From IMG/VR virus record IMGVR_UViG_3300032227_000651, positions 1-46,376 of that record: a DNA stretch of 46,376 nucleotides; one strand, 5' to 3'. The translations under genes were made by a program, and so were the position numbers. Within the stretch, counting starts at the first letter, position 1. Each line of letters opens with the position of its first letter. Source of the DNA: a virus (lineage: Duplodnaviria > Caudoviricetes). Positions 19,870 to 29,027 of this stretch are shown here, one piece after another. The notes under the pieces are model-generated. The model was not told the origin of the DNA. It ran no database searches and saw only the letters and a program-made list of their open reading frames with translations.

Positions 19870-19917
19870 GACTGTCTTTCTAAAAAATTAAAGGGGTATG
19901 TACATTAAGATGATAGG

Positions 19918-20193
19918 TCAATTTTCAATAGGCGTTTTTCCCTTTCTTGTCTTGCCCTTTTTTAGCGGCGGCGGGCAATGGGGAGGAACATACGCCACAC
20001 GCCACTTTGCAGCTACGTATCTACCTTCAGTCCAACTTGCAATGTATGCATCAGGCATTTTGTTCAACACCCTATAGATGTGCCGCTCGTCCGTTTCCAA
20101 ACGTAGGCTTATGGTCTGCGCTGTCAACCCATCTATGTTTGCTTTTAGCAGGTTGCGGATGAGCGGGGCTTTGTGCTCATACGGCTTCTTCAT
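19918..20193 (-). CDS. Hypothetical protein (possible winged helix)
   Basis: 91 aa, coupled by ATGA overlap, contains DGLTAQTI and MPDAYI. Confidence 0.6.
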   Translation of the reverse strand: MKKPYEHKAPLIRNLLKANIDGLTAQTISLRLETDERHIYRVLNKMPDAYIASWTEGRYVAAKWRVAYVPPHCPPPLKKGKTRKGKTPIEN

Positions 20194-20372
20194 CCGTTCT
20201 CCCCTTTCATCTCGTTTAACGATTCCTCTACCTTTAGCGCGGCCTTCATGCCGTCTGCAAACCCCCTTTGGTACGCCTCTTGGTCACACTTAATCAATTC
20301 GTTGATTAGGTTCATGGCCTCTGTGCATACGCGTGTGAGGCTGTCTAGCGCAAGTTCTTTCTTGGGTATCAT
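20190..20372 (-). CDS. Hypothetical protein
   Basis: 60 aa, ATGA overlaps, AYQRGFADG motif. Confidence 0.55.
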   Translation of the reverse strand: MIPKKELALDSLTRVCTEAMNLINELIKCDQEAYQRGFADGMKAALKVEESLNEMKGENG

Positions 20373-20539
20373 TCTGTTTCCTTTGGTTTGATTTCCACTT
20401 CTTCACTTGCACCAATGTGGTACACGTTGCCGTCTTCGTCTGTACACACACTGTACATACCGTCGATGTGGTGGAACTTCAACTCCAGTCCATTCTTTAG
20501 CACAATCATGCTATTCCTTGGTACGTCATACAGCTTCAT
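20369..20539 (-). CDS. Small hypothetical protein (not in ORF track)
   Basis: 56 aa MKLYDVPRNS...FHHIDGMYSVC...KETE, with ATGA overlaps on both sides. Confidence 0.65.
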   Translation of the reverse strand: MKLYDVPRNSMIVLKNGLELKFHHIDGMYSVCTDEDGNVYHIGASEEVEIKPKETE

Positions 20540-21357
20540 CCGTTCCTCTCCTTCAGCTTAGCTTCAATGTCCCTGACCATTTCAAATATGGTTGAGCGCC
20601 CAGCCCCTGTCTGCCAATCTTCCCAGTCCCAATAGGCTTGAGTCTCCTCATCCGTCAGACTTACCCACGGGCGCTTTGGTGAGATGGTGTAGACATTGAC
20701 GCGCTGGTAACACTCAGGCGCGCCTATAAATTTTTCTCCTGCCTCACCAATAATTCCATGATGTTCACCTGTCAAAAGTAACGTCCACGCCACAGGCTCC
20801 TGCGCTGGCTGTGCTGCTTGACCGGCTCTAAAAAACTGCTCGGCATAAGTGCGGCTGATATGCGTATTCCAAAGCGGAGGCAAAGTCTTGCAGTATTCTT
20901 CAAAACTGTTTGCTACAGGCTTCTGCGCTGGCTGTGCCAAGGCTTCTTCAACAATGGCATAGGTTTCTTTGTAAAGCACTTGACCCGTATTTTCAAAGTG
21001 TTTCATGATTAAATCTTCCAACGCCTCAAGCGCCAGCCTCAATGCTTTACGCTCAGTCTTTTGCGCTGCGCCGCAATCACACTCACCCGCAGGGTACGCT
21101 GGCCCGTCATGCACCGCGCAGTCAGACCAGTGCTTTACAGACTCCTGCGCTGGCTGTGCCAATGCTGCTTTGAAGTCAGCCACAAAGTCAATCGCTTGCA
21201 ATCCGTACTCATCCAGTATTGCTTTAATGCCTTCCCATTCTGATGGTGGCTCCTGCATCTTGTCCGCAGCCGCCGCACGCTTGGCATTGAAGCCACCGCC
21301 CCAGCTACCCTGCCGCCTTGCAAGTTCATCAAACGCTTCGTCCTCTGCATCTTTCAT
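20536..21357 (-). CDS. Modular hypothetical protein with three AQPAQ(E/K)(P/S)V linkers
   Basis: 273 aa from ATG 21357, made of short modules separated by a repeated linker. Confidence 0.65.
   Translation of the reverse strand: MKDAEDEAFDELARRQGSWGGGFNAKRAAAADKMQEPPSEWEGIKAILDEYGLQAIDFVADFKAALAQPAQESVKHWSDCAVHDGPAYPAGECDCGAAQKTERKALRLALEALEDLIMKHFENTGQVLYKETYAIVEEALAQPAQKPVANSFEEYCKTLPPLWNTHISRTYAEQFFRAGQAAQPAQEPVAWTLLLTGEHHGIIGEAGEKFIGAPECYQRVNVYTISPKRPWVSLTDEETQAYWDWEDWQTGAGRSTIFEMVRDIEAKLKERNG
20792..21159 (-). repeat. Three dispersed 23-bp direct repeats (20792-20814, 20915-20937, 21137-21159)
   Basis: Plus strand ACAGRCTYCTGCGCTGGCTGTGC, with an identical 15-bp core in all three copies. 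Confidence 0.9.
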
Positions 21358-21470
21358 AGCAAACTCCATATAAGTAGGCCAACACTAGCCACAGCAAACA
21401 ACACAGTGGCTATGGTGACGGCAACAAACAACACACTGAACAGCATGTCCTCGTCTTCGTCGTCGTTCAT
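21354..21470 (-). CDS. Small single-pass membrane peptide (not in ORF track)
   Basis: 38 aa MNDDEDEDMLFSVLFVAVTIATVLFAVASVGLLIWSLL, with ATGA overlaps. Confidence 0.55.
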   Translation of the reverse strand: MNDDEDEDMLFSVLFVAVTIATVLFAVASVGLLIWSLL

Positions 21471-21691
21471 GCTTTGCTCCTTGCTCTGATTGCGTCCGCG
21501 CATTCTCCTGCGCTCATCAGTCGGTCAGAAAACCTATGACACAACTTGGCGCACTCTTCACGCTCATGCGCGGCTACCAAGGCGACCAATTCTTCCAGTT
21601 CTGCTCGTGTGAACAACACTCCGTCATGTCGCCCTAAAGCAAGTACGTCAAATACACCGCCAACCTGTTCAACAATTTCTTGTAGGTTCAT
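21467..21691 (-). CDS. Hypothetical protein
   Basis: 74 aa from ATG 21691, containing AAHEREECAKLC...CADAIRAR, a motif common in small phage proteins. Confidence 0.6.
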   Translation of the reverse strand: MNLQEIVEQVGGVFDVLALGRHDGVLFTRAELEELVALVAAHEREECAKLCHRFSDRLMSAGECADAIRARSKA

Positions 21692-21852
21692 TCCGCATCC
21701 CTCCATGTCCAGCCCAGCAGCTTGTTGGTGAACCAGCGTTGTATCCATGATGGCTTGTAAAGCATCGTGAACCGAATGTCCGCAGGGCCTTCTGCGTACA
21801 GTATCCAGTAGCCCACAGGCTTGGGCGGCTCGTATAGTTTGTAGGTATTCAT
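21688..21852 (-). CDS. Hypothetical protein
   Basis: 54 aa from ATG 21852 (MNTYKLYEPP), Trp-rich, ATGA overlaps. Confidence 0.55.
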   Translation of the reverse strand: MNTYKLYEPPKPVGYWILYAEGPADIRFTMLYKPSWIQRWFTNKLLGWTWRDAE

Positions 21853-22004
21853 TTCCCATCCCTCCCCTGAAACATCTCCGCGCTCCATGCATCAAGGATG
21901 CGGGCCTTGGCTTCTTCACGTTCTTCGGGTGGGTAGATGTCGGCAACAACATCCTCCAGTATTTTCAATGTCGATTCAGCCATCTGCTGTGGTGTAAGTA
22001 TCAT
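21849..22004 (-). CDS. Small hypothetical protein (not in ORF track)
   Basis: 51 aa MILTPQQMAE...FQGRDGK, ATGA overlaps on both sides. Confidence 0.55.
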   Translation of the reverse strand: MILTPQQMAESTLKILEDVVADIYPPEEREEAKARILDAWSAEMFQGRDGK

Positions 22005-22183
22005 TTCTTCCTCGCTTCCAGCATTGCGTCTGCAATTTCATAAGCGGTTTTTGCAAGCTGCTCGTAGGACGAGCCAACGCTAGTCCTTAACATAGCCAGT
22101 CCAGCGTAATAGTCACGCATGGTCATGTCCTTAGCAAAGCCGCCATGTACTTCTCTCCATGTGGGGTTTGTTTCTTCTTTCAT
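22001..22183 (-). CDS. Conserved small phage protein (MT.RDY.A..AM / AY.IADAML.AR type)
   Basis: 60 aa with DMTMRDYYAGLAM...TAYEIADAMLEAR and an AAGGAG RBS. Confidence 0.7.
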   Translation of the reverse strand: MKEETNPTWREVHGGFAKDMTMRDYYAGLAMLRTSVGSSYEQLAKTAYEIADAMLEARKK

Positions 22184-22317
22184 TTGCACTCCTTAGTAAA
22201 CGCAGCGACCCATATGCTGCACTCGGGTTGATAGGTGGCGTAGCCCATGTAGAACCCCACCACGATGATGGTAGAGACAAGCCCTACCAATGCAAAAAAG
22301 TCAGCGATGTATTTCAT
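22180..22317 (-). CDS. Small membrane protein (not in ORF track)
   Basis: 45 aa MKYIADFFALVGLVSTIIVVGFYMGY..., ATGA overlaps. Confidence 0.55.
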   Translation of the reverse strand: MKYIADFFALVGLVSTIIVVGFYMGYATYQPECSIWVAAFTKECK

Positions 22318-22643
22318 AACCAATCCTCTCGATTTGCTACGGGCAAAGTATGAAACCAGTTTTTAATGCGTTGCTCTAAGCCTTGGACATTCGTCTCGTC
22401 GATAACAAGCGCCGCACCACGCGCCGCTCGTATAGCTTCCATGTTGGACTCTTGTAAAGCAGTCGGCTTGTTGCCGTTCGCCTTGCATTCGATACCTATG
22501 AATGTGCCTCGGTAGCAGACTAAGAAGTCAGGAACCCCTGAACGCCCAAACCCGCCTGTGACCGGCATGGTGTAGTACGCCTTCATGGATTCAAGGCACT
22601 CCTTAACTCTCTTTTTTACTTTGGCTTCCGGTGTAGCTGCCAT
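22314..22643 (-). CDS. VRR-NUC / Holliday-junction resolvase-like nuclease
   Basis: TPEAKVK, GVPDFL, GIECKA and PTALQ PD-(D/E)XK motifs. Confidence 0.85.
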   Translation of the reverse strand: MAATPEAKVKKRVKECLESMKAYYTMPVTGGFGRSGVPDFLVCYRGTFIGIECKANGNKPTALQESNMEAIRAARGAALVIDETNVQGLEQRIKNWFHTLPVANREDWL

Positions 22644-22965
22644 CTATTTCTCCTATGTATGATTGCTCCAGTACAAGCATGTAAAGCCCTTTGTGGATGC
22701 GCCAACCTACCTCGTTCAGTCTTTCATCTTGCGTGTTGATGAACACACTCAAGTCGTTAATTTCCCAAACCTCTTGGTCATTCAATGGGTATGCGTTAAT
22801 CATTGATAGCATGGCCTTGATGCGGTCGGGCAATGTGTCCTCGCTGAACATCCAGCTTTTGTTCGGGGCTATGCATATCTCGTAATGGTCATCGTCCGCA
22901 AACAATGGAACGCGATAGCTGTTGAGCAAGTAGCTGTGTGTTATCGGATGAAAGCCTTCCCTCAT
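22603..22965 (-). CDS. Hypothetical protein
   Basis: 120 aa within the operon. Confidence 0.6.
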   Translation of the reverse strand: MREGFHPITHSYLLNSYRVPLFADDDHYEICIAPNKSWMFSEDTLPDRIKAMLSMINAYPLNDQEVWEINDLSVFINTQDERLNEVGWRIHKGLYMLVLEQSYIGEIDGSYTGSQSKKES

Positions 22966-23849
22966 GGGGCTTCATTAGGGATGAGGACAACAAAACCATC
23001 GCCCATGTAACCGGACGCAACGTCGATGTCTTCGTAATATTTGTCAGCGCGCGGCATCTTGAAATCATTGCGCCCCACATTGTTTTTGCCGCTGAAGTGC
23101 GCGGCTATGATTGCCGCAGTAGGCGCTAAGGGAGACTCGTACAGAGAGTTATAGCGTTTCACGCCCCCCTGAAGTTTCATAACGTGCGCAGAGTCTGCTG
23201 TAGCCGAACCAACAAGGTAGTGGGATGCTCGGTCGGCATCCCCTTGCAAGCTTACAAAGGTGAATCCCTTGCGGAATCTTTCGGCGTGCTTCTCGGCCTC
23301 ATTGTGTGACTTCATAGTGCGCAAATACTCAGCGTATTGTTCGTGGAAGAATTGAATGTAGTCGGGGCTTAGATGTTTGTCAATTAAGACGTGCTCAAAT
23401 AAAGCTATCGTATGGGTGTTGGTGATAGAGACTCTTGGCTCTTCTCTTGCGCCGATTGCGCCAAGCGCGTATCTGACAGGGCTGCTCAGATTTTTAAGCA
23501 TGCCTTCCAAAGTAGGTTGCTCGTTCTTCTTCTTGATTACTTTTATGAGAGAAGAAATACTTGAAGAGTCGCGAGTCATGCTGTCTGACCTACCGCTACC
23601 TCGTTGCTTAGTCACGTTGTCAGACTTGTAGGTGAAGAAAGTATCTCCCCCATCTTTGTCCACGCCTATGACAGCTATAGGGGCGCCCTCATGAGTCTCT
23701 ACCATAAGTTTTCTTGCGTGAGTATGCTCGCCTACAACTGTTTTGAACTCTGCACAAAATTCATATGCAAATTTAGCCAGTTGATTTTCTGCCGCAAACT
23801 TGGACTCCATGCGAGATCGGTCTGCGTATTGTGAAATTATGTTTAACAT
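22962..23849 (-). CDS. Hypothetical protein
   Basis: 295 aa, GGAG RBS, no motif I recognise. Confidence 0.75.
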   Translation of the reverse strand: MLNIISQYADRSRMESKFAAENQLAKFAYEFCAEFKTVVGEHTHARKLMVETHEGAPIAVIGVDKDGGDTFFTYKSDNVTKQRGSGRSDSMTRDSSSISSLIKVIKKKNEQPTLEGMLKNLSSPVRYALGAIGAREEPRVSITNTHTIALFEHVLIDKHLSPDYIQFFHEQYAEYLRTMKSHNEAEKHAERFRKGFTFVSLQGDADRASHYLVGSATADSAHVMKLQGGVKRYNSLYESPLAPTAAIIAAHFSGKNNVGRNDFKMPRADKYYEDIDVASGYMGDGFVVLIPNEAP

Positions 23850-23873
23850 TGAATGCTCCGGTTGGTTGGTTGA

Positions 23874-24785
23874 TTAGAAACGCTTGACTGGCTTGCCATC
23901 GACTGTCACTATCTGCTTCCATTTTGAAGAAGCGTAGTGGTCGCTCATTGGGGTTGGTGTGTAATCAAATATCTGTTCATCTCCATGCTTGTAAATGATA
24001 TCGGTGAAACGCTCTTCAAGGTATCCTCCAACTTTGTATACGATTTCATTTGTGTCTGCGTGGTATCGTAAGTACCAACCGTTTCGCATTTCTTGCGCAA
24101 AAAACATTGCGGCATCTGCGTAGCGCTTTGCATGAATCAAACTGTCGAAGTCCTTCTTGTTGAAGTTGCGGTTGCTGAATTCTTTGTTCAAGTCCTCCGT
24201 GATTTCGCGCACACCTTCTGTGGTCATCTGCCCTAAGAACACTTTCCATAGCTTCAAGAACTCGTCGTACTGTTTCATGGACTCGGCGGCTTTTTTACGA
24301 TTCACCCGTGGCTGAAGCGTTACATACGGCGTCTTGCATTCAACACCGCCGCGAAGCGAAAGTCTCACCCCTTGGAATACTGGATGCATTACTTTGTCAT
24401 TGGCGTTTACTACAGTACCGCCATGCCTTACGCTGTGAGATATGTAGCATCCAATCAAGCGGCCTAACACCATCCTGTCGCCCATGCCTTGCGCATACCG
24501 AATCTCTATCGTGTCATCAGGGTAGACAATCGCGAGGTGACGTAAATTGACCCAATCTTTCATGGTGTCGGTTACATCTTCTCCACTGAGGACTTTTTCT
24601 ACTTTTTTCAGATTCATGTAGTAGATGCTGAATGTTCCATCCTCGTTGGCGCGGAAGTGCCTGTACGAATACTTTCTGTTGCCTAGTGGAAACGCCTTAC
24701 CATTAGTACCCCTGTACGCATTCTTGGGGTCTTTTGATTCCACTGCGAAATGCCTGTAAAGCATTGGGACTATATCGTTGTACAT
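23874..24785 (-). CDS. Hypothetical protein
   Basis: 303 aa, AAGGAG RBS, no motif I recognise. Confidence 0.75.
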   Translation of the reverse strand: MYNDIVPMLYRHFAVESKDPKNAYRGTNGKAFPLGNRKYSYRHFRANEDGTFSIYYMNLKKVEKVLSGEDVTDTMKDWVNLRHLAIVYPDDTIEIRYAQGMGDRMVLGRLIGCYISHSVRHGGTVVNANDKVMHPVFQGVRLSLRGGVECKTPYVTLQPRVNRKKAAESMKQYDEFLKLWKVFLGQMTTEGVREITEDLNKEFSNRNFNKKDFDSLIHAKRYADAAMFFAQEMRNGWYLRYHADTNEIVYKVGGYLEERFTDIIYKHGDEQIFDYTPTPMSDHYASSKWKQIVTVDGKPVKRF

Positions 24786-24797
24786 ATCTATCGCTCC

Positions 24798-25985
24798 TTA
24801 AACATTCATGAAAACTTTCTTACCGAACGGAGGAACCCAATCCTTGTTATCGGTGACCACCCACAGCGTTGGGATAGAGACATCCCACTTCACATCACTC
24901 TCAAGATACCCATCGGTGAACACAATCACACAGTCGGCTTTCAGTTGCTTCTTGTTTATGTATTCACTGACACATGAAGCCCTAGTTCCACCACCACCGC
25001 TCGGCTTGAGAAGCGCCCGCATCTGCGTATAGTCTCCGGTAAACAACTGCTCACCACGGACTTGCGTATCCCACCACAGCACACGGATGGACTCAGGTGC
25101 GACGGACTCGGAGATAGAGACCAGTTCTGAAGCAAACATGTTGACCATGTCCTGCCCAATCGAACCGGACATGTCGTTCGCTTGGATAATCCCTCCGATA
25201 GTCTCGTCCTCCACAGTCGGCAGATACATGTCATTGGCAATGACTCGCCGGTTGAATTTGCGCCATGTGTACTCGTCGTTACCTCTGCAAGTAGAGGACA
25301 CAAAGTCACGCAGGACATCCTTCCAATCGACAGTCGGCTCAAGCATCTCAGTGATGGCTCGTGGCAAGTCAACGCCGAGACGCCCAGCTAGGATTGCGCC
25401 TTCTCGTATCGCTTTATCAATACGCGCATCAATCTTCTTAGCTTCCTCTTCGGTCAGTTCCTTACCCTGCCCGTTGAAGTCATGCTCGTCGAATTGCTGT
25501 TCACCACCCCCTGAACCGTTACCCTTACCGCCCTTACCGCCTTCGTTCTCCTCCTTCAATATGCGATACACCTCACGCATGTTCATGTTGTGGAAGCGCG
25601 GGTCATGGCAGCAACCCGGCGGTAGCGTAGCAATTTTCTTGTCCTTCAGATTCATGATGATGTCGTTGACCACCATGTCGGCGGCTATATTGGCAAGCAT
25701 CGCGTTCTCCAAGAACAAGTCCTTGTTGTGCAGGATGTGCCTCAATGCGATATGAAGATTCTCATGCAAGATGATGCCGTTGACCTCTGAATCGGTCTTG
25801 CACTTGGTCGCCATAAAGTCTCTGCCATATTTCTTGTTTACCCCGTCGGTGTACGCAGTCGGGCATCCTGTGTCCACCACCTCGGACGTGCCCATCATCA
25901 TCACCCCCGAATACAACGATGTCTCGGGGTGCTTCATCATCGCAATGTGACCGCGCTTGATGCGGATTTCTTGTGTAATTTCCAT
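24798..25985 (-). CDS. Metallopeptidase-vWA fusion (DUF2201-like)
   Basis: PTAYTDG and ILHENLHIALRH (HExxH), a Gly-rich linker, and vWA MIDAS motifs DMSGS, GGGGT and VFTDG. Confidence 0.85.
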   Translation of the reverse strand: MEITQEIRIKRGHIAMMKHPETSLYSGVMMMGTSEVVDTGCPTAYTDGVNKKYGRDFMATKCKTDSEVNGIILHENLHIALRHILHNKDLFLENAMLANIAADMVVNDIIMNLKDKKIATLPPGCCHDPRFHNMNMREVYRILKEENEGGKGGKGNGSGGGEQQFDEHDFNGQGKELTEEEAKKIDARIDKAIREGAILAGRLGVDLPRAITEMLEPTVDWKDVLRDFVSSTCRGNDEYTWRKFNRRVIANDMYLPTVEDETIGGIIQANDMSGSIGQDMVNMFASELVSISESVAPESIRVLWWDTQVRGEQLFTGDYTQMRALLKPSGGGGTRASCVSEYINKKQLKADCVIVFTDGYLESDVKWDVSIPTLWVVTDNKDWVPPFGKKVFMNV

Positions 25986-26002
25986 AGCTGTTTCCTTTCT
26001 GA

Positions 26003-27124
26003 TTAGGTCATGTAGACGTAGTTGTCAGCCGCCCACTTGGTCAGTTCTTGGTTGTAACGCGCAATGCGTGGCTTCGAACGGCACATCATCGTGAAGAAGA
26101 TGGACTGGAGTTCGCTGTGGGAGATACGGTTCACGTACTCCATGTAAGAGTTCAGGGCATCCTGACTCTCTATGTTGTCAATCGCTTCGAACAACATCTG
26201 AATGATGACTGCTACTTCATCGGGGACTTGCGCCTTGCTTGGGTCTTTGATGATGTCCTCGTACCGCACAATCTTGTCTTCCACAGAGATGAACGCCGCC
26301 ATGCTCTTGGCTGCTGACTCGCCCAACAGACCCGCCAACGCAACCATCAGTGCATTCTCCGTATACAGGTGCTTGCGCTCAATCACAGTAGATGACTTCG
26401 CGAGGGAACGCGGCGACACAAACTGCTTTGCATTAGAAGATGGCTTGAAGATGAACGGGTTGTCTGACTGGTCGCTGTCCTTGTAGGACTTGAACGCCCG
26501 TGGATTCATAGCCGCCCATGCCCGAACCAACTTGTGAATCTTGTTCTTCTGCGCCCACTTCAGCCACTTCTCGTGATTCGATTTGCGCAACGGCACGACA
26601 CAGACACGATTACCGACATGGCCTAACATGCTGTCGCCAACACCATCGGATGCATTGTTACTTGTACCGAACACGATGGACTTGTCGCCATCGGCGCTTT
26701 CGGGCAGAGGCTCGTCACCTACAGTACGCTCCAAGTACAAGCGCGTGTAAATAATCTGCATCAGCTTCGGGGCCTTGAACGCCTCGTCAATCATGATGAC
26801 TTTGGGTTTGCCATTGCCAAGCTTGAACAGAGAGGACACGTAATACTCAAGCCGCTTGGTGTTGTGGTTGGGGATAGACGCTGCAATGTCCATCATGTCC
26901 TTCGCTGGCGCGTCAACATAGATGTAGTCGTACTTGTCTGAGGGACAGTCGTCCCCTGCCTTACGCCATTGGTCGCCCTTGGACTCAGCGATACCCGACA
27001 GGATGGATGTCTTACCCACGCCCGGCTCGGACACCAGAATACAAGTGATCTCGTCACCGATTGCATTAATCAGGGACACGGCTTCGTCGATGTCCACGTC
27101 AGCGGAAAAATTGATTGTGCTCAT
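26003..27124 (-). CDS. MoxR-like AAA+ ATPase
   Basis: Walker A SEPGVGKT, Walker B IMIDE, sensor GTSN, arginine finger NR, SPRS. Adjacent to the vWA gene. Confidence 0.85.
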   Translation of the reverse strand: MSTINFSADVDIDEAVSLINAIGDEITCILVSEPGVGKTSILSGIAESKGDQWRKAGDDCPSDKYDYIYVDAPAKDMMDIAASIPNHNTKRLEYYVSSLFKLGNGKPKVIMIDEAFKAPKLMQIIYTRLYLERTVGDEPLPESADGDKSIVFGTSNNASDGVGDSMLGHVGNRVCVVPLRKSNHEKWLKWAQKNKIHKLVRAWAAMNPRAFKSYKDSDQSDNPFIFKPSSNAKQFVSPRSLAKSSTVIERKHLYTENALMVALAGLLGESAAKSMAAFISVEDKIVRYEDIIKDPSKAQVPDEVAVIIQMLFEAIDNIESQDALNSYMEYVNRISHSELQSIFFTMMCRSKPRIARYNQELTKWAADNYVYMT

Positions 27125-27156
27125 TGCTATCTCCAGTTTCAGGGGTTGATGAAAGG

Positions 27157-27330
27157 TTAAATCTTCTCTACGCTAATGGTCATGGCTTCGTCGTCAATTA
27201 CCACTCGTGCGCGCTTCTTGCCAATGTCGTAAAGATTGGACGTTAGTCGTTCGCTCTTCTGAACTGCCCTAGACCACAGCAGATAGAAGATGGCGGTCGA
27301 TGCCAAGAATATAATTTCTAGATCAGTCAT
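27157..27330 (-). CDS. Small membrane-anchored protein (not in ORF track)
   Basis: 57 aa MTDLEIIFLASTAIFYLLWSR..., with a GAGGA RBS. Confidence 0.55.
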   Translation of the reverse strand: MTDLEIIFLASTAIFYLLWSRAVQKSERLTSNLYDIGKKRARVVIDDEAMTISVEKI

Positions 27331-28237
27331 GTTGAATCCTCAATGGTTGAAACTTGGACAGAATGTCATCCACGCTGTCCTTCACACGGCGGCGTTCGTA
27401 TGCGCTCTCCCGCAACTCTTCTGTAGTAACTCCCTGCAATGTCTGCTCCAATCGCATCCGCGCATCCTCAAGCGCTTCGTTATTCGTCAAGTTAAAGTGC
27501 TTCAGGGTGGTGCAAATCTCCTTCGCTTGGCTCACAGTCGTGTCGTATATCTTCTTGCGCTTGGTCTTTCCATCGTCGTTAGCTTCCGGTTCAGCACATG
27601 CTGAACTGATACGCTCGGCAATAGCCAGCAGTCGTTCGCTTGCATCGTGCATGACATCGTCCACTATGCTCCGTGTGCGCTTCGTGAAGTGCTGTTGCAA
27701 ATCATCCGCAATCGCTTCCGCTATCCCGCCGGAACGAAAGTCGTTCGCCGGTACGTCAGAAATCAACTCGCGCATAGTGAAGCGCCCATCCAGACTTAAG
27801 ACGTCAGGGTATGCTGAACGGTCAAACATGGTTCCTTGCTTGAACGCCGCATCGCTGACAATGTCCGAATACTTTGCCATAAAAGTTTGCTTGAGTTTGT
27901 TGAACGCTGCCTTGTGCTCGTTTAACTCTTTCATCACCCGTTCCAATTCAACCATCGGCACGATGCGCCATCCCCCAGCCCAGTCGTAGGTGCGCCGTTG
28001 AAGCCAGTTAGTGACGGTCTGCCTGTAGTTGAGCAGCGCCTTGTGGTCGGGTGAATTGGCAAGCAGGTTCTGCGTGAACTTGCCTGCGTCTGACGATGCA
28101 TTCTTAGCAGTCGTGACCTCGTTGGATATGGCGCGGTCTTGCTTGGTAGCAGTCCATACCTTCACCTCCACATTCATGAGTAATGCGCTGGATGCCAAGC
28201 TGATTAGATGCTTGGGCTTGTCGATTTCAAAGTTCAT
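27323..28237 (-). CDS. Conserved helical phage protein (possibly DUF3150-like), upstream of the AAA-vWA pair
   Basis: 304 aa, largely helical, with F..SAYP and FNLTN motifs. The family call is from memory and context only. Confidence 0.55.
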   Translation of the reverse strand: MNFEIDKPKHLISLASSALLMNVEVKVWTATKQDRAISNEVTTAKNASSDAGKFTQNLLANSPDHKALLNYRQTVTNWLQRRTYDWAGGWRIVPMVELERVMKELNEHKAAFNKLKQTFMAKYSDIVSDAAFKQGTMFDRSAYPDVLSLDGRFTMRELISDVPANDFRSGGIAEAIADDLQQHFTKRTRSIVDDVMHDASERLLAIAERISSACAEPEANDDGKTKRKKIYDTTVSQAKEICTTLKHFNLTNNEALEDARMRLEQTLQGVTTEELRESAYERRRVKDSVDDILSKFQPLRIQHD

Positions 28238-28247
28238 ATATAACCTT

Positions 28248-28472
28248 TCATACTGGTGTGTACTTACTATTAATACCCTTGGCTAATTCCCTACCAGCTT
28301 CCGCTGTGAAGAACATCGCCCCCTGCTTGTGTGGTGTAAGAATGCACCACGACTTGCGCTCTACCCGCGCTTCCTCCTCCCCGCATGGGAGACAGAACTT
28401 GTAGCCAAGCGCCCATCTCTCACGTTTGTATTCGCCATCGCACTTGCGACACAGCGGCGTGTGATTACTCAT
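28248..28472 (-). CDS. C4 zinc-finger protein (DksA/TraR-like finger)
   Basis: 74 aa from ATG 28472, with CRKC-x7-RWALGYKF-CLPC. Confidence 0.55.
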   Translation of the reverse strand: MSNHTPLCRKCDGEYKRERWALGYKFCLPCGEEEARVERKSWCILTPHKQGAMFFTAEAGRELAKGINSKYTPV

Positions 28473-28722
28473 CTTCCTCTTCCTCCTCGTCGTCAATCCG
28501 TATAAAGTTAAAGTCCTCCTCTTGCAGAGGCGGCAACTCCATCGCGTGCTGCATCATCTCCCACACTTCGCGCATACCCTCCATAGTCTCAGAGCCAAGG
28601 CAAGGCGCGGCGTACCCAGTAGGTTCCCCCTTTCTGTTGTAGACAACTTCTTGTAGGACATACCAATCCTCGCCGCCGTTTCCTCGGCGGTCGTTCACTA
28701 CCCGATAATTCCAAGTAAACAT
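28465..28722 (-). CDS. Hypothetical protein (WNYRV type)
   Basis: 85 aa from ATG 28722 with an AGGAGG RBS and an acidic tail. Confidence 0.65.
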   Translation of the reverse strand: MFTWNYRVVNDRRGNGGEDWYVLQEVVYNRKGEPTGYAAPCLGSETMEGMREVWEMMQHAMELPPLQEEDFNFIRIDDEEEEEDE

Positions 28723-28738
28723 TTCATCACCTCCTGAA

Positions 28739-28951
28739 TCAATGTGTGCAGAGCACGGTTTGTTTGATCGTCCACACGCAGTCCTCGTCATGCGTGTTGC
28801 ACAGGTACTTCTCGTACTCAGCGGTATCCTGCGACATGTATACATTCACAGGTACGTCGTCACACATGAGCACATACACTCTTGCGCCATCCACCATATC
28901 CATAGGCGGACAGTCCATCACATCCATCGCCAAGTCTTTCATTCGCCCCAT
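28739..28951 (-). CDS. Hypothetical protein
   Basis: 70 aa starting MGRMKDL, AAGGAG RBS, first gene after a promoter. Confidence 0.65.
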   Translation of the reverse strand: MGRMKDLAMDVMDCPPMDMVDGARVYVLMCDDVPVNVYMSQDTAEYEKYLCNTHDEDCVWTIKQTVLCTH

Positions 28952-28968
28952 GATTCGCTCCTTAAAGT

Positions 28969-28984
28969 TTCACTACCCCGTGAA
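28969..28984. promoter_or_regulatory. Operator-like palindrome TTCAC-N6-GTGAA (copy 1)
   Basis: Lies between the promoter and the RBS. A second copy occupies the same context at 30518-30533. Confidence 0.55.
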
Positions 28985-29027
28985 CCGTTAAGTCCACAGC
29001 CTTTGTCAACGCTCCCCGAGTATCTGT

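Noticed and set aside
21467-21952. 161-aa ORF treated as a single gene
   Set aside because: It is better explained by three ATGA-coupled small genes (21467-21691, 21688-21852, 21849-22004).
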